A stretch of 64,000 nt of DNA, taken from contig JAGWWK010000001.1 of the NCBI GenBank assembly GCA_018970425.1, positions 144,845 to 208,844 of the forward strand, written 5' to 3'. Shown here piece after piece: positions 18,893 to 28,356 of this stretch (within the stretch, counting starts at the first letter, position 1; the number at the start of each line of letters is the position of its first letter). The DNA is from Patescibacteria group bacterium. Its GTDB lineage: Bacteria; Patescibacteriota; Minisyncoccia; Phycocordibacterales; Phycocordibacteraceae. The position numbers were made by a program, and so were the translations under genes. Under the pieces are notes generated by a model. It saw nothing but the letters and a program-made list of their open reading frames with translations, made no database searches and was not told where the DNA came from.

Positions 18893-20418
18893 TCGGCAGG
18901 AATAACAACCGAGTCACCCTCCTCTAATCCTGTGAGTATTTCTCGTCGTTCGCCGTCAGATATGCCGAGAGTCACAGGTGCCTCTACGGTACCTGACGCA
19001 TCGCGTCGGAGCACAAACCACGCGTCACCCTTCTTGAACGGAGCGTACTCGGGTACCACGAGGACGCCACTACGTTCCGATACGCGCACCGTAAGATCAG
19101 CGGTCATACCAGGACGCAGTGCCTCGCTCGGCGCATCGAGTGCAACATGTACTACATAGTACGTGTCAGTATCTTTTTCGACGCGCTGTGGATCGATAAA
19201 TACGACCTTCCCCGCATAACGCTCACCCGGAAGCGCATCAAAGGTGGCTGTCGCGGATTGCCCCACCTTGATGCGAGCAATATCAAGCTCTGATATCTCG
19301 CTCTCAAGATGCGGTGTTGGTACGGTAAGCACAACTGCGCGCTCGCCCAACCGATAACTTTCTCCCGTACGATGCTCTACATGTATCACTGTGCCTGCCT
19401 GCGGTGCGCGCAGTGTCGACATGCGGATGCGCTCAGCTACAGCGAGGACAGCGTTCTCCGCCTCAGTTACAGCTGCTCGCGCGGTGGCAAGATCCTCGCT
19501 TCTTGGTGGCGCAAGTCGGGCGGCTCGGTCTGACTCATGAAGTGCGCGTGCTTGTGCGGCGGCCACTCGGTTTCCAGAGGCCGATGAAAGGGCAAGCGCC
19601 GCTTCGTTCACTGAAACTCGCGCTGCAGCGATGCTCCCGCGCCATACGTCAAGTGTCGTGTCTGAAACGCGCGACGATGCCGCAGAGCCGAGAGCACGGC
19701 TCACATCATCAAGAAATATGCTCATGCGTCGCGCGTCCTCAAGCATTCGAGAAGATGCGTCTGCGATGGTCGATGTGCTTGCCGTGTCTGCACGCGTGCG
19801 CGCGCTCAAGAGTATGCTGCCGAGCGCCACTCGCTCTGTAGTGATCCGGTTTTTAAGCGCGGAATCCGCGATATCAAACGAGAGCTCCGGCGTATTAGAG
19901 CTGGCATTAGAAAACAGAAGATCCGATGCTCGGAGTGCGCTGTCGAGTGTCGTATACACGGATCGGATAGCGAGTAGCTCCGTACGCTCAAGATCGCGAA
20001 GTGCTGAGGTCAACCGTACCGTTTCAGCATCAAGTACGGCGCGATCTTCAGCACTCAGTCCACTCTCGAGCTTACCAAGCTCTGCTGTACGCGATGCTAG
20101 TACTGCCGCAAGACGGCGTCGATCGAACTCGAGCTCTGCCGTATCAAGCGCCACAAGCGGATCGCTCGCACGCACCGCATCACCCTCTGAAACGAAGACG
20201 CGCGCTATCGTCCCTGGCGTGGAAAATCCGAGGACATATTCTTCATCTGACACTAGTTCAGCCTGCTCGGTTACCAACTCTTCGAGATCGGTGCGTTCTG
20301 CGCGCGCAACAACCTCCTGTACAGCATCGGGACGGATGTACTTTACATATACCCACGTGCCAGAAATCGCAACGCACACAAACACTAGGAAAAAAATGAT
20401 GCGAGTCACGCGACCCAT
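18889..20418 (-). CDS. Efflux membrane-fusion/periplasmic adaptor subunit (long coiled coil)
   Basis: TM anchor, G.I..VFV.EGD.V lipoyl half, LRAP..G, LRPGMTA, GLEEGD.V. Confidence 0.88.
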   Translation of the reverse strand: MGRVTRIIFFLVFVCVAISGTWVYVKYIRPDAVQEVVARAERTDLEELVTEQAELVSDEEYVLGFSTPGTIARVFVSEGDAVRASDPLVALDTAELEFDRRRLAAVLASRTAELGKLESGLSAEDRAVLDAETVRLTSALRDLERTELLAIRSVYTTLDSALRASDLLFSNASSNTPELSFDIADSALKNRITTERVALGSILLSARTRADTASTSTIADASSRMLEDARRMSIFLDDVSRALGSAASSRVSDTTLDVWRGSIAAARVSVNEAALALSSASGNRVAAAQARALHESDRAARLAPPRSEDLATARAAVTEAENAVLAVAERIRMSTLRAPQAGTVIHVEHRTGESYRLGERAVVLTVPTPHLESEISELDIARIKVGQSATATFDALPGERYAGKVVFIDPQRVEKDTDTYYVVHVALDAPSEALRPGMTADLTVRVSERSGVLVVPEYAPFKKGDAWFVLRRDASGTVEAPVTLGISDGERREILTGLEEGDSVVIPAE

Positions 20419-20430
20419 GCGCGCATTGTA

Positions 20431-21459
20431 CTACGCATTCCGCTCAAGAATCGCGAGCTCAAGGGGGAGTTGTGGTAGCGGAGAGCGCTGTACCTCTTGC
20501 GCCGCGCGCAACAGCGCGCGGAGCGTTTCGGAATTAATTTTTGAATCAGGATCAGTGGCGATCTTCGCGAGAAATGCTCGCTCCGTTTCCGCAAGGTCGG
20601 CTACCGAGGCGGCGCCAACCGACGGCGCGTATCGCAAGAGGAGAACCATGCGCAGACGATCAATAAGAATGGTGGCGAGAACCGCCATATCGGTCTCAGC
20701 GCGGACAGCATCTCGGAGCGCCTCGAGCGCGCGCTCACTTGCATTCAGAGAGAGTCCCTCAATAATTCTTGCGACGATATCCGCGCGGGGCGCGCCGGTA
20801 ATTGCGGCGACTTCATCAGCTGTAATTACTGAGTCACGCGAGGTACTCAACACTTTTTGAAGAATAGATTGCGAGTCACGAAACGAACCGTCTGCAAGAA
20901 GCGCGACGAGCTCAGCCGCTGGCCGCTCAAGTGTTGACCCTTCAGCGGATGCAATTTTCACTAGCGTGTCTGCAATGGCCGCAGCGGTGGGCTTTTTGAA
21001 TGTGTACACTTGGCATCTCGACTGAATGGTGTCGGGAACCTTTTCAAGTTCGGTTGTCGCAAGAATAAATACGACGTGGGCCGGTGGCTCCTCCAAGAGC
21101 TTCAAAAACGCATTGAATGCGCCCTTAGAAAGCATGTGCACTTCATCAATAATATAGATCTTGCGCGTCGATACAAACGGAAGGATAGCGGCCTCCTCGC
21201 GAAGAGCGCGAATATTGTCGACGCCGGTATAGGTCGCGGCATCAATCTCATGAATATCTGTTTCCATCGCGCCAAGTTCATGGGCAAAGATTCTCGCGAC
21301 ACTAGTCTTTCCTGTCCCGCGTGATCCGTAAAAGAGATATGCGTGGCCGACGCTAGTGCTCTCGAGCGCACCCTTGAGGGCTTGCACCACATGATCCTGC
21401 CCTACAACGTCTGAAAAAGATGCCGGGCGGTATTTCCGATACAGCGCAACTTCGCTCAT
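20431..21459 (-). CDS. dnaX: DNA polymerase III subunit gamma/tau (compact)
   Basis: LYRKYRP..F..VVGQ, GSRGTGKT, IIDEVHML, LEEPP, TIQSRC. Confidence 0.95.
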   Translation of the reverse strand: MSEVALYRKYRPASFSDVVGQDHVVQALKGALESTSVGHAYLFYGSRGTGKTSVARIFAHELGAMETDIHEIDAATYTGVDNIRALREEAAILPFVSTRKIYIIDEVHMLSKGAFNAFLKLLEEPPAHVVFILATTELEKVPDTIQSRCQVYTFKKPTAAAIADTLVKIASAEGSTLERPAAELVALLADGSFRDSQSILQKVLSTSRDSVITADEVAAITGAPRADIVARIIEGLSLNASERALEALRDAVRAETDMAVLATILIDRLRMVLLLRYAPSVGAASVADLAETERAFLAKIATDPDSKINSETLRALLRAAQEVQRSPLPQLPLELAILERNA

Positions 21460-21466
21460 GTGCGTA

Positions 21467-22501
21467 CTATAGCACTTGGCGCGCGAGCTCAGGGTGCGCG
21501 GCAAGCCATGCGTTCACTCGCTCACGTACTTCGAGCGCGCTGTCCGCAAGCATCAGGTTTGCGCGAAGGTCAGCAGCGCCATCAAAGCCCGACACGTACG
21601 CTTTGTAGTGCTTCCTCATGATGGCGAAGGACTTGTGTGGGAGGAGTTCCTCGTACAGCTTGGTATGCTCAACCATTACCGTAAAGCGCTTCTCGAGCGT
21701 GAGTCGTTCGCGAAATGGATCTGGTGCGGCAAAGAGCCATGGGTTACCGAAAATCGCGCGCCCAAGCATTGCCCCATCGGCACCGGTTGCGGCAATTTTA
21801 TCCATCGCGTCACGCACATGCATAAGATCACCGTTCCCAAGAATTCGCGTTTCGTGCGATGCATCACCGAGAATCTCGTTCCGAATTTCTACTGCACGCT
21901 TCACGCGCTCCCAGCGCGCCGGAACGAGCGAGAGCTCTTTGCGCGTGCGCGCATGTACGGTTATTGCAGCTGGTTTCGCGGCGAGCACTTTCGGCAACCA
22001 CTCCTCGAGCTCATCCTTGTTGTAACCGAGGCGGGTCTTCACACTGACCGGCACATCGCGTGCTCCCTGCTTCGCAGCAGCAATCACCTCTTGAGCGAGC
22101 GATGGATTCCGCATGTGCGCGGCACCCGCACCTTGCCGCTCAATACTTTTGTCAGGACAGCCCATATTAATGTCAACTCCGTCGAAGCCGAGCTCGCGCG
22201 CCAAGGCCGCTGCTCGTTCCATATGCAGAGGGGTCGCAGTGAAAAATTGTGCGACGATGGGGCGCTCGATTTCATTGAACGCAAGGTCGGCCATGAGCTT
22301 AGCCCGACCCTCCTCCGGCGCGAGAGCGAGTCCATCGGCGGAAATAAATTCTGTCCAGGTGACATACGGAACGCGCGTTCCCGCGGAGGCAGGATCGCTC
22401 TTCGAATGCGTGGCGATGATGCGGCGAAACGCAGGATCGGTAACGTCCGCCATCGGTGCAAGCGCGAAAATCGGAGTACCTAGACGCTGCCAGAAGCTCA
22501 T
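21467..22501 (-). CDS. dus: tRNA-dihydrouridine synthase
   Basis: LAPMADVTD, DINMGCP, SVKTRLG, TVHART, GNGD, MRKH; start reassigned to ATG 22501. Confidence 0.93.
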   Translation of the reverse strand: MSFWQRLGTPIFALAPMADVTDPAFRRIIATHSKSDPASAGTRVPYVTWTEFISADGLALAPEEGRAKLMADLAFNEIERPIVAQFFTATPLHMERAAALARELGFDGVDINMGCPDKSIERQGAGAAHMRNPSLAQEVIAAAKQGARDVPVSVKTRLGYNKDELEEWLPKVLAAKPAAITVHARTRKELSLVPARWERVKRAVEIRNEILGDASHETRILGNGDLMHVRDAMDKIAATGADGAMLGRAIFGNPWLFAAPDPFRERLTLEKRFTVMVEHTKLYEELLPHKSFAIMRKHYKAYVSGFDGAADLRANLMLADSALEVRERVNAWLAAHPELARQVL

Positions 22502-22523
22502 GGCGCTATGGTACACTACCCGC

Positions 22524-22946
22524 ATGGAACAGAAAATAATCCTCGGCTTGGTTGCCGCACTCATACTCGGCGCAATTATCCTGTTTTTTGCTTCTCCGAC
22601 AGCTACCTCCATGTCAAAATCTTCTATCCCCGCAGGAACGTACACGGCACTCGCGCAGTGCATCAGGGACTCCGGCGCAGTCTTTTTCGGAGCGTGGTGG
22701 TGCCCGCATTGTCGTGAGCAAAAGGAAAGCTTTGGCGATGCTGCCGAACTCCTTCCGTATATCGAATGTTCTACACCTGACGGCAAAGGTCAAACGAAGG
22801 CGTGCATTGACGCCAAGGTTAATGGCTACCCGACGTGGCGTTTTGCTGACGGAACAGAGCTGAAAGGCGCAGTGCCGCTCCAGACACTGGCGGCAAAGAC
22901 TGGTTGCGTACTTCCTGACGCGCCGCGCGCGGGAGTTCCCGAGTAG
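22524..22946 (+). CDS. Membrane-anchored thioredoxin-like protein (resembles the Trx domain of VKOR-Trx)
   Basis: GAWWCPHC, YIECS...C...GYPTW; TM anchor from ATG 22524. Confidence 0.85.
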   Translation: MEQKIILGLVAALILGAIILFFASPTATSMSKSSIPAGTYTALAQCIRDSGAVFFGAWWCPHCREQKESFGDAAELLPYIECSTPDGKGQTKACIDAKVNGYPTWRFADGTELKGAVPLQTLAAKTGCVLPDAPRAGVPE

Positions 22947-22948
22947 TC

Positions 22949-23500
22949 ATGCCGGATCTTCTCCTCACCAATACGCTCGCATCCTATGGGACGCTGGTGC
23001 TCCTCGTTGCTACCGCACTCATACTTGCTATCCTTGCCTACGCGAGGATTCCCGACTCGCTCTCCCGCCCGCTAGCGCGGTACGGGCTTTTAGCCGCATT
23101 TTTCGTCACCACTCTCGCGAGTGCTGTAACGCTCTACTATTCAGAAGTGTTGGGTCAGGCTCCATGCTCGCTGTGTTGGCTCCAGCGCGTCTTTCTCTAT
23201 CCGCAAGCCTTCCTGTTTGGCATCGCGTACCTCAAGTCTGACGCGCGTATCACTGTCTACACCACTGCGCTCTCAATCGTTGGCGCGCTCATAGCGCTCT
23301 ACCACCATGCGATTCAACTGGGAGCGAGCGCGCCGGTGCCGTGCGCGGCTACGGGCCCGTCGTGCACGGAAGTACTCTTTCTTACCTGGGGCTTTGTCTC
23401 GTTCCCATTTATGGCGTTCGCGCTCTTTCTCTTCTTGATTGTGTTTAGCGTCCTTCTCGAGACGCTCTGGCGTAAATTCCCGCCGGCAAGAGTCGTGTAG
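22949..23500 (+). CDS. dsbB: Disulfide bond formation protein DsbB/BdbC
   Basis: PCSLCWLQR...YP, ALYH, second Cys pair PCAATGPSC. Confidence 0.88.
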   Translation: MPDLLLTNTLASYGTLVLLVATALILAILAYARIPDSLSRPLARYGLLAAFFVTTLASAVTLYYSEVLGQAPCSLCWLQRVFLYPQAFLFGIAYLKSDARITVYTTALSIVGALIALYHHAIQLGASAPVPCAATGPSCTEVLFLTWGFVSFPFMAFALFLFLIVFSVLLETLWRKFPPARVV

Positions 23501-24314
23501 AATCTTTCTCCGCTATCGTCAGCTCTCCGCCAGAAACCGTGAGGCCATTCGCTGACGCGATCGGCGTCAGTAGATGCTCAAATGCATAGTGCGAGTACCC
23601 CGCGGCGTAGCCGTTCATGAGGATACAGCGTGGCGTATCTGACAACAGTTCCCGACACGCGCGCATAAGTGGCACCAAATCCTCTTCAATTTTCCAGAGT
23701 TCATCTTTTGGACCATGACCGAACGCGGGAGGATCAAGAATTATTCCGTCATATTTCACGCCGCGCTTTACCTCTCGACGCACGAAGGTAAGTGCATCGT
23801 CAACAATCCACCGGATCGGCGCTGCTGAGAGGCCAGAAAGGTCGGCATTTTTCCGCGCCCACTCCACTGCGGTTTTGGACGCGTCCACATGCGTTACTGA
23901 CGCGCCGGCGCGCGCCGCCGCGAGCGTCGCTCCTCCTGTATACGCAAAAATGTTTAAGACGGACGGGCGTAGCGCGCTCTCCGGCTGAGTGCCGTGTGCG
24001 CCTGCACTCAACACGCCGCTTGCCCACTCCCAGTTTTCTAACTGTTCGGGGAACAATCCTACATGCTTAAACGACGTAAGCCGCAGAAGAAATGTGAGGC
24101 CGCCGTACTCGATCTGCCACTCTTTCGGCATCGGTCTATTGAAGTGCCACACCCCTTTCTCACCCTTGCGCTCAAACCATGCATCGCACGTACCCCATAT
24201 GATGTCTGACTGCCGCCGCTCCCACAGCGCCTGTGGGTCCGGCCTTCTGAGGACATGCGGTCCGAATCGCTCAAGCTTTTCTTCTCCTCCTGAGTCAAGA
24301 AGTTCGTACTCCAT
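23445..24314 (-). CDS. Class I SAM-dependent methyltransferase (RlmI/RlmK-like)
   Basis: YELLDSG...KLERFG, FKHVGLFPEQ, LNIFAYTGG, ILDPP. Confidence 0.85.
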   Translation of the reverse strand: MEYELLDSGGEEKLERFGPHVLRRPDPQALWERRQSDIIWGTCDAWFERKGEKGVWHFNRPMPKEWQIEYGGLTFLLRLTSFKHVGLFPEQLENWEWASGVLSAGAHGTQPESALRPSVLNIFAYTGGATLAAARAGASVTHVDASKTAVEWARKNADLSGLSAAPIRWIVDDALTFVRREVKRGVKYDGIILDPPAFGHGPKDELWKIEEDLVPLMRACRELLSDTPRCILMNGYAAGYSHYAFEHLLTPIASANGLTVSGGELTIAEKDSTRLLPAGIYARASREGR

Positions 24315-24343
24315 ACGTACCCCCATGCTACACTACCCTCACT

Positions 24344-24871
24344 ATGCAAGAAACAAATCTCTACACCGTCACTATTCCGCCACTCATAAAGTCACTCACT
24401 GCGCTCAAGAAAATTTTAGAAAAGGCTAAAGCACACACGGATACCAAAAAGCTCTCCTGGATGGATTTTGAGCATGCGCTCCTCTCCGACAAGCTTGTGT
24501 TCAATCAGTTTGACTTCAAGAAACAGGTACAGCTTGCCTGTGACAATGCAAAAGGTGCCGCGGCACGACTCGCCGAGGTTGAGGTGCCGAAGCACGAGGA
24601 CACCGAGGCAACCTTCACGGACCTTGTCGCTCGGATAGACAAAACACTTGAGTTCATCGCAACCATTAAGCCAGAGCAGGTCATCGGTAAGGAGGATAGT
24701 AAAGTCACACTTCCCTACTGGCCTGACAAACACCTTACGGGATTCGAGTATGCAACCGAATATGTGATTCCGAACTTCTACTTCCATATCACCACCGCCT
24801 ACGCCATCCTCCGCAAAAACGGCATTGATATCGGAAAAGAAGACTTCATGGGCGGCCTCCCTCTGAAGTAA
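24344..24871 (+). CDS. DUF1993 family (DinB-like) protein
   Basis: QVQLACD.AK...ARL, PNFYFHITTAYAILR..G..IGK.DF. Confidence 0.9.
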   Translation: MQETNLYTVTIPPLIKSLTALKKILEKAKAHTDTKKLSWMDFEHALLSDKLVFNQFDFKKQVQLACDNAKGAAARLAEVEVPKHEDTEATFTDLVARIDKTLEFIATIKPEQVIGKEDSKVTLPYWPDKHLTGFEYATEYVIPNFYFHITTAYAILRKNGIDIGKEDFMGGLPLK

Positions 24872-24926
24872 CTGCGAAACCTTTCGTAGTAGAAAAGTCA
24901 CGTGCAGGCGGTGCTATAGTGTTCGA

Positions 24927-25694
24927 ATGACCGAAAACGCGCTTGAGGTGAACGATGTGCGTAAGCGCTACGCATCGGGCACTGATGCGCTTAACGGCGT
25001 TTCCATCACCGTTCCGCAGGGTGATTTTTTTGCCCTCCTTGGTCCTAATGGCGCTGGTAAGACGACGCTCATAGGAATCGTAACGGGACTCGTGAACAAA
25101 ACAAGCGGCAGCGTGTCCGTATTTGGTCATGACATTGATGCCGAGCCGGAAAAAGCCCGTGCGCTCATTGGCCTTGTAGGTCAAGAGGTAAACTTTAATC
25201 CGTTTGAAAAGCCACTCGACATCGTAGTCAACCAGGCCGGCTACTATGGAGTACCGCGTTCCGTCGCGCTACCTCGAGCACAGCGTATTCTCGAAGACCT
25301 TGGTCTCAAGGACAAGATGCACGGCATGGCTATGCAGCTCTCCGGCGGTATGAAGCGTCGCCTCATGATCGCGCGCGCTCTCGTCCACGAGCCCAAGTTT
25401 CTTATTCTTGATGAGCCAACCGCAGGTGTGGATGTGGAGCTCCGTCGCTCGATGTGGGAATACCTTACGACTCTCACTAAAGGCGGGCTCACCATACTCC
25501 TCACCACGCACTACCTCGAAGAAGCTGAGCGGCTCGCAAAGCATGTTGCTATTGTGAATCAGGGCACGGTGGTCGCAAGCGGTACGATGGAGGAATTACT
25601 TGCGCGCTACAAGGGCGAACGCGCCGATCCCTACACAAGTGGGCGTCTTGAATCAGTCTTTTTAGAACTCACTCACGCACCGCATGCCGCCTAA
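24927..25694 (+). CDS. ABC-2 transporter ATP-binding protein (YadG-like)
   Basis: GPNGAGKTT, LSGGMKRR, LDEPTAGVD, TTHYLEEAE. Confidence 0.92.
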   Translation: MTENALEVNDVRKRYASGTDALNGVSITVPQGDFFALLGPNGAGKTTLIGIVTGLVNKTSGSVSVFGHDIDAEPEKARALIGLVGQEVNFNPFEKPLDIVVNQAGYYGVPRSVALPRAQRILEDLGLKDKMHGMAMQLSGGMKRRLMIARALVHEPKFLILDEPTAGVDVELRRSMWEYLTTLTKGGLTILLTTHYLEEAERLAKHVAIVNQGTVVASGTMEELLARYKGERADPYTSGRLESVFLELTHAPHAA

Positions 25695-26460
25695 AGGTCT
25701 TTGTATCTCATACTACACAATCTTACGCAAAGCCGTTGTGCGCATCGTGCGTATTTGGCCCCAAACACTGCTGCCGTCCGTCGTTAACTCTCTTCTCTAC
25801 TATCTCGTATTTGGCGCCATCATCGGCTCACAACTCTCTCCCATTAACGGCTACTCGTACATCGCGTTTGTCGTTCCTGGCATCGTTATGCTCGCCGTCA
25901 TCACAAACGCGTACACTGAAGTCGCAACCACATTCTTCACTTCAAAGTTTTTTAGCAGAAATATTGACGAAATTTTGGTCTCCCCCACGCCGCCATGGCT
26001 CATAGTCAGTGGCTTCGTATCCGCAGGCGTTATCCGTGCGGCAGTGGTCGGTACGCTGGTCCTTGGTGTCTCTATCGCATTTGCACTTCCCACGGTTCTG
26101 CACCCACTCGTCACGCTCTCATTTCTCTGCATCGCCGCAATTCTTTTTTCACTCCTTGGTCTCGTAAACGGCATCTATGCTAAAAACTTTGACGCAATCT
26201 CGATCGTGCCAACCTTCGTCCTGACGCCGCTCATCTACCTTGGTGGCGTGTTCTACTCAGTAGCCGCGCTTCCGCCATTTTTTGCCGCGCTCACGTACTT
26301 CAACCCGCTCTTTTACCTGATTAACGGATTTCGGTACGGATTCCTTGGAGTCGCAGATGTTTCTCTCGGCGTTGCGTACGGCGTCCTTCTGGCCCTGACG
26401 GCAGTGGCGTTCGGTATCGCGTGGTACCTGCTAAAAACAGGCCTCGGACTTAAGCAGTAA
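25684..26460 (+). CDS. ABC-2 transporter permease (YadH-like)
   Basis: RIWPQTLLP, Y..F..PG, TPLIYLGGVFYS, NP.FY.INGFRYG. Confidence 0.92.
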   Translation: MPPKGLCISYYTILRKAVVRIVRIWPQTLLPSVVNSLLYYLVFGAIIGSQLSPINGYSYIAFVVPGIVMLAVITNAYTEVATTFFTSKFFSRNIDEILVSPTPPWLIVSGFVSAGVIRAAVVGTLVLGVSIAFALPTVLHPLVTLSFLCIAAILFSLLGLVNGIYAKNFDAISIVPTFVLTPLIYLGGVFYSVAALPPFFAALTYFNPLFYLINGFRYGFLGVADVSLGVAYGVLLALTAVAFGIAWYLLKTGLGLKQ

Positions 26461-26461
26461 T

Positions 26462-27157
26462 TTACAAGCTGAAATACGCGAGCACACGATACCACCACGG
26501 CACTGCCGGCGCCGCTAAGTACGCGCCTGCACTGGTCCCTAGTATCTCGGGCGCAGTCTCGCTCCCTTGCGCCGCAACTGTGGTACGCGTGTTCGCACTT
26601 TCGCTCCGCGACACTTCTTGAACAGGCGCGCGACTCTCGCGACCCGGTGTGCCAAACATTTGAACCACAAATGTCGCAGGTCGTCCCTCGTACATTCCCT
26701 GGGATACGGCCACGCCCATTTCAGTGAACTGAGTTCCGACAATATTTGCGCGATGTTGGGGCGAGAGCATCCATGCGCGCACAACCTCCGAGGAAGTATC
26801 GAAATCAATAGCGAGATTCTCACCCGCGTAGCGGAAAACATACCCCTCTTCAGCAAACCACTGCCACGGAGTAGCGCCAGTTGGCGACACATGCGCAAAG
26901 TAGCCAGCACGCGCCATGTCGTCGGCCTTTCGTGCAGCAATCGCCGTAAGGGCGGGGCTTATAGTGAGTGGCTCGCGACCCGCCGCGACGCGTGCATCGT
27001 TTGCAAGATCGGCAACCGTGGCAGCAACAACCGCCGCGATACTTGCTCGGTCACGAGCTCCAAGGTCAATGATAGGAACAACCGAAATGACAAGTAACGC
27101 GCCAATAAGCCCAGGTAGCACCGTTCCCCGAAGCACGGACTTTCCCCGTATACGCAT
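26462..27157 (-). CDS. CAP/SCP domain protein
   Basis: KADDM...YFAH.SP, AGENLA, AWMLSPQHRANI. Confidence 0.9.
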   Translation of the reverse strand: MRIRGKSVLRGTVLPGLIGALLVISVVPIIDLGARDRASIAAVVAATVADLANDARVAAGREPLTISPALTAIAARKADDMARAGYFAHVSPTGATPWQWFAEEGYVFRYAGENLAIDFDTSSEVVRAWMLSPQHRANIVGTQFTEMGVAVSQGMYEGRPATFVVQMFGTPGRESRAPVQEVSRSESANTRTTVAAQGSETAPEILGTSAGAYLAAPAVPWWYRVLAYFSL

Positions 27158-27324
27158 AGGTAAAGTATACCTGCGGAGATCCGCCCACACCCAGTTCTCC
27201 CCCGCGAGGACTTGCTACAGAGCCCTCTGACGTGGTATGGTGCAGGCACGAGTACGAGATGGTTCTAGACTTTGTATAAAAGTAGAGCGCATACGACCTC
27301 GATTATAAAGTTAGAAAAAAGAAA

Positions 27325-27627
27325 GTGGCAAAGAAACTCTACTTCGGTGGTCTCTCCTACAACACCACCGATGACACATTAAACGCTGCAGTCAAGCAGT
27401 TCGGCACCGTCGCGTCAGCGAAGGTGATCATGGACCGCGAGACTGGTCGCTCACGCGGCTTCGGTTTCGTCGAAATGTCGACGGACGAAGAGGCTGATGC
27501 AGTACTTAAGGCACTCGACGGACAGCAGGTCGACGGCCGTATGGTACGCGTCTCAGTCGCACGCCCACCTGAGAACGGTGGTGGTCGCGGTGGTGGCGGC
27601 TACGGCGGCGGTATGCGCTCGTACTAA
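27325..27627 (+). CDS. RRM RNA-binding protein with Gly-rich tail
   Basis: RNP2 LYFGGL, RNP1 RGFGFVEM, GGGRGGGGYGGG. Confidence 0.93.
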   Translation: MAKKLYFGGLSYNTTDDTLNAAVKQFGTVASAKVIMDRETGRSRGFGFVEMSTDEEADAVLKALDGQQVDGRMVRVSVARPPENGGGRGGGGYGGGMRSY

Positions 27628-27638
27628 GCTCGAACCAC

Positions 27639-27674
27639 AAAAAACCCCCGGCAAAAGCCGGGGGTTTTTGTTTT
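27639..27674. terminator. Bidirectional intrinsic terminator
   Basis: AAAAAACCCCCGGC-AAAA-GCCGGGGGTTTTTG between convergent genes. Confidence 0.9.
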
Positions 27675-27699
27675 GCGCCTAGCTAGGCGCAGGTGCACG

Positions 27700-28356
27700 T
27701 TAGAGCTTGCGAGAGGAGTCAACGAGCATCAGGAACAAGACACCAAGCGCTGCACCAAGCGAGAGGAAGACATGCCACAAAAAATGCGTTCCGAACGGTA
27801 TGACCGTGCAGGTGTAGAGATCGAGCGTCCGAAACCCGAACGCGATCAGGGATGAAATGACCGACAAGATTGCCACATATCCTACGGAACCGAACCGCTG
27901 AATGGAAAGCACAGACAAGTACCCCGCCGAAATAAGTACCGCAAGTACTACGCCAAGCGGCGGCCCCTGCATTGGTAGTACTGATTCAGATACGAATGAC
28001 AGCGCGTAGGTGAGTCCAAGGAACCCTACAAGGAGTCCGAGTGAGGCGAGAACACCGTACACGCGACGCGACCATGCGTACACAAACAAAAACAAGAATA
28101 AGAGCCCGGGAACTACATCAAGCGCAAGGGAGAGCGGTGTCCGGAATCCGTGCCAGAGAAAGGAGCCGACTCCCGTGAGCGCGAGAAGGAGCGCGAGTAC
28201 ACTAATGTCCGCGCTAAACCGCCGCTTTACCGCGTACGCGAGCGCCACCAATCCAAAAAGGACGATGATGGCGTTCGAGTAAAAGTTGATTGGCTCAGCC
28301 GGAAACAGGAACGCCCCGACAGGCGTCTCACAATAGATGGGTCCGATCGAGGACAT
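27700..28356 (-). CDS. Ceramidase-like CREST-superfamily membrane hydrolase
   Basis: YCE...AEPIN..SN, GSFLWH, D, GTHFLWH. Confidence 0.8.
   Translation of the reverse strand: MSSIGPIYCETPVGAFLFPAEPINFYSNAIIVLFGLVALAYAVKRRFSADISVLALLLALTGVGSFLWHGFRTPLSLALDVVPGLLFLFLFVYAWSRRVYGVLASLGLLVGFLGLTYALSFVSESVLPMQGPPLGVVLAVLISAGYLSVLSIQRFGSVGYVAILSVISSLIAFGFRTLDLYTCTVIPFGTHFLWHVFLSLGAALGVLFLMLVDSSRKL

Noticed and set aside
16631-20418. Genomic island integrated at tRNA-Gln
   Set aside because: No integrase, no duplicated tRNA 3' end seen, and no obvious composition shift.
19631-22483. Long antisense ORFs (409 aa at 19631, 335 aa at 21476) and many similar ones in the track
   Set aside because: Shadows of real minus-strand genes; Ser/Arg-rich with no motifs.
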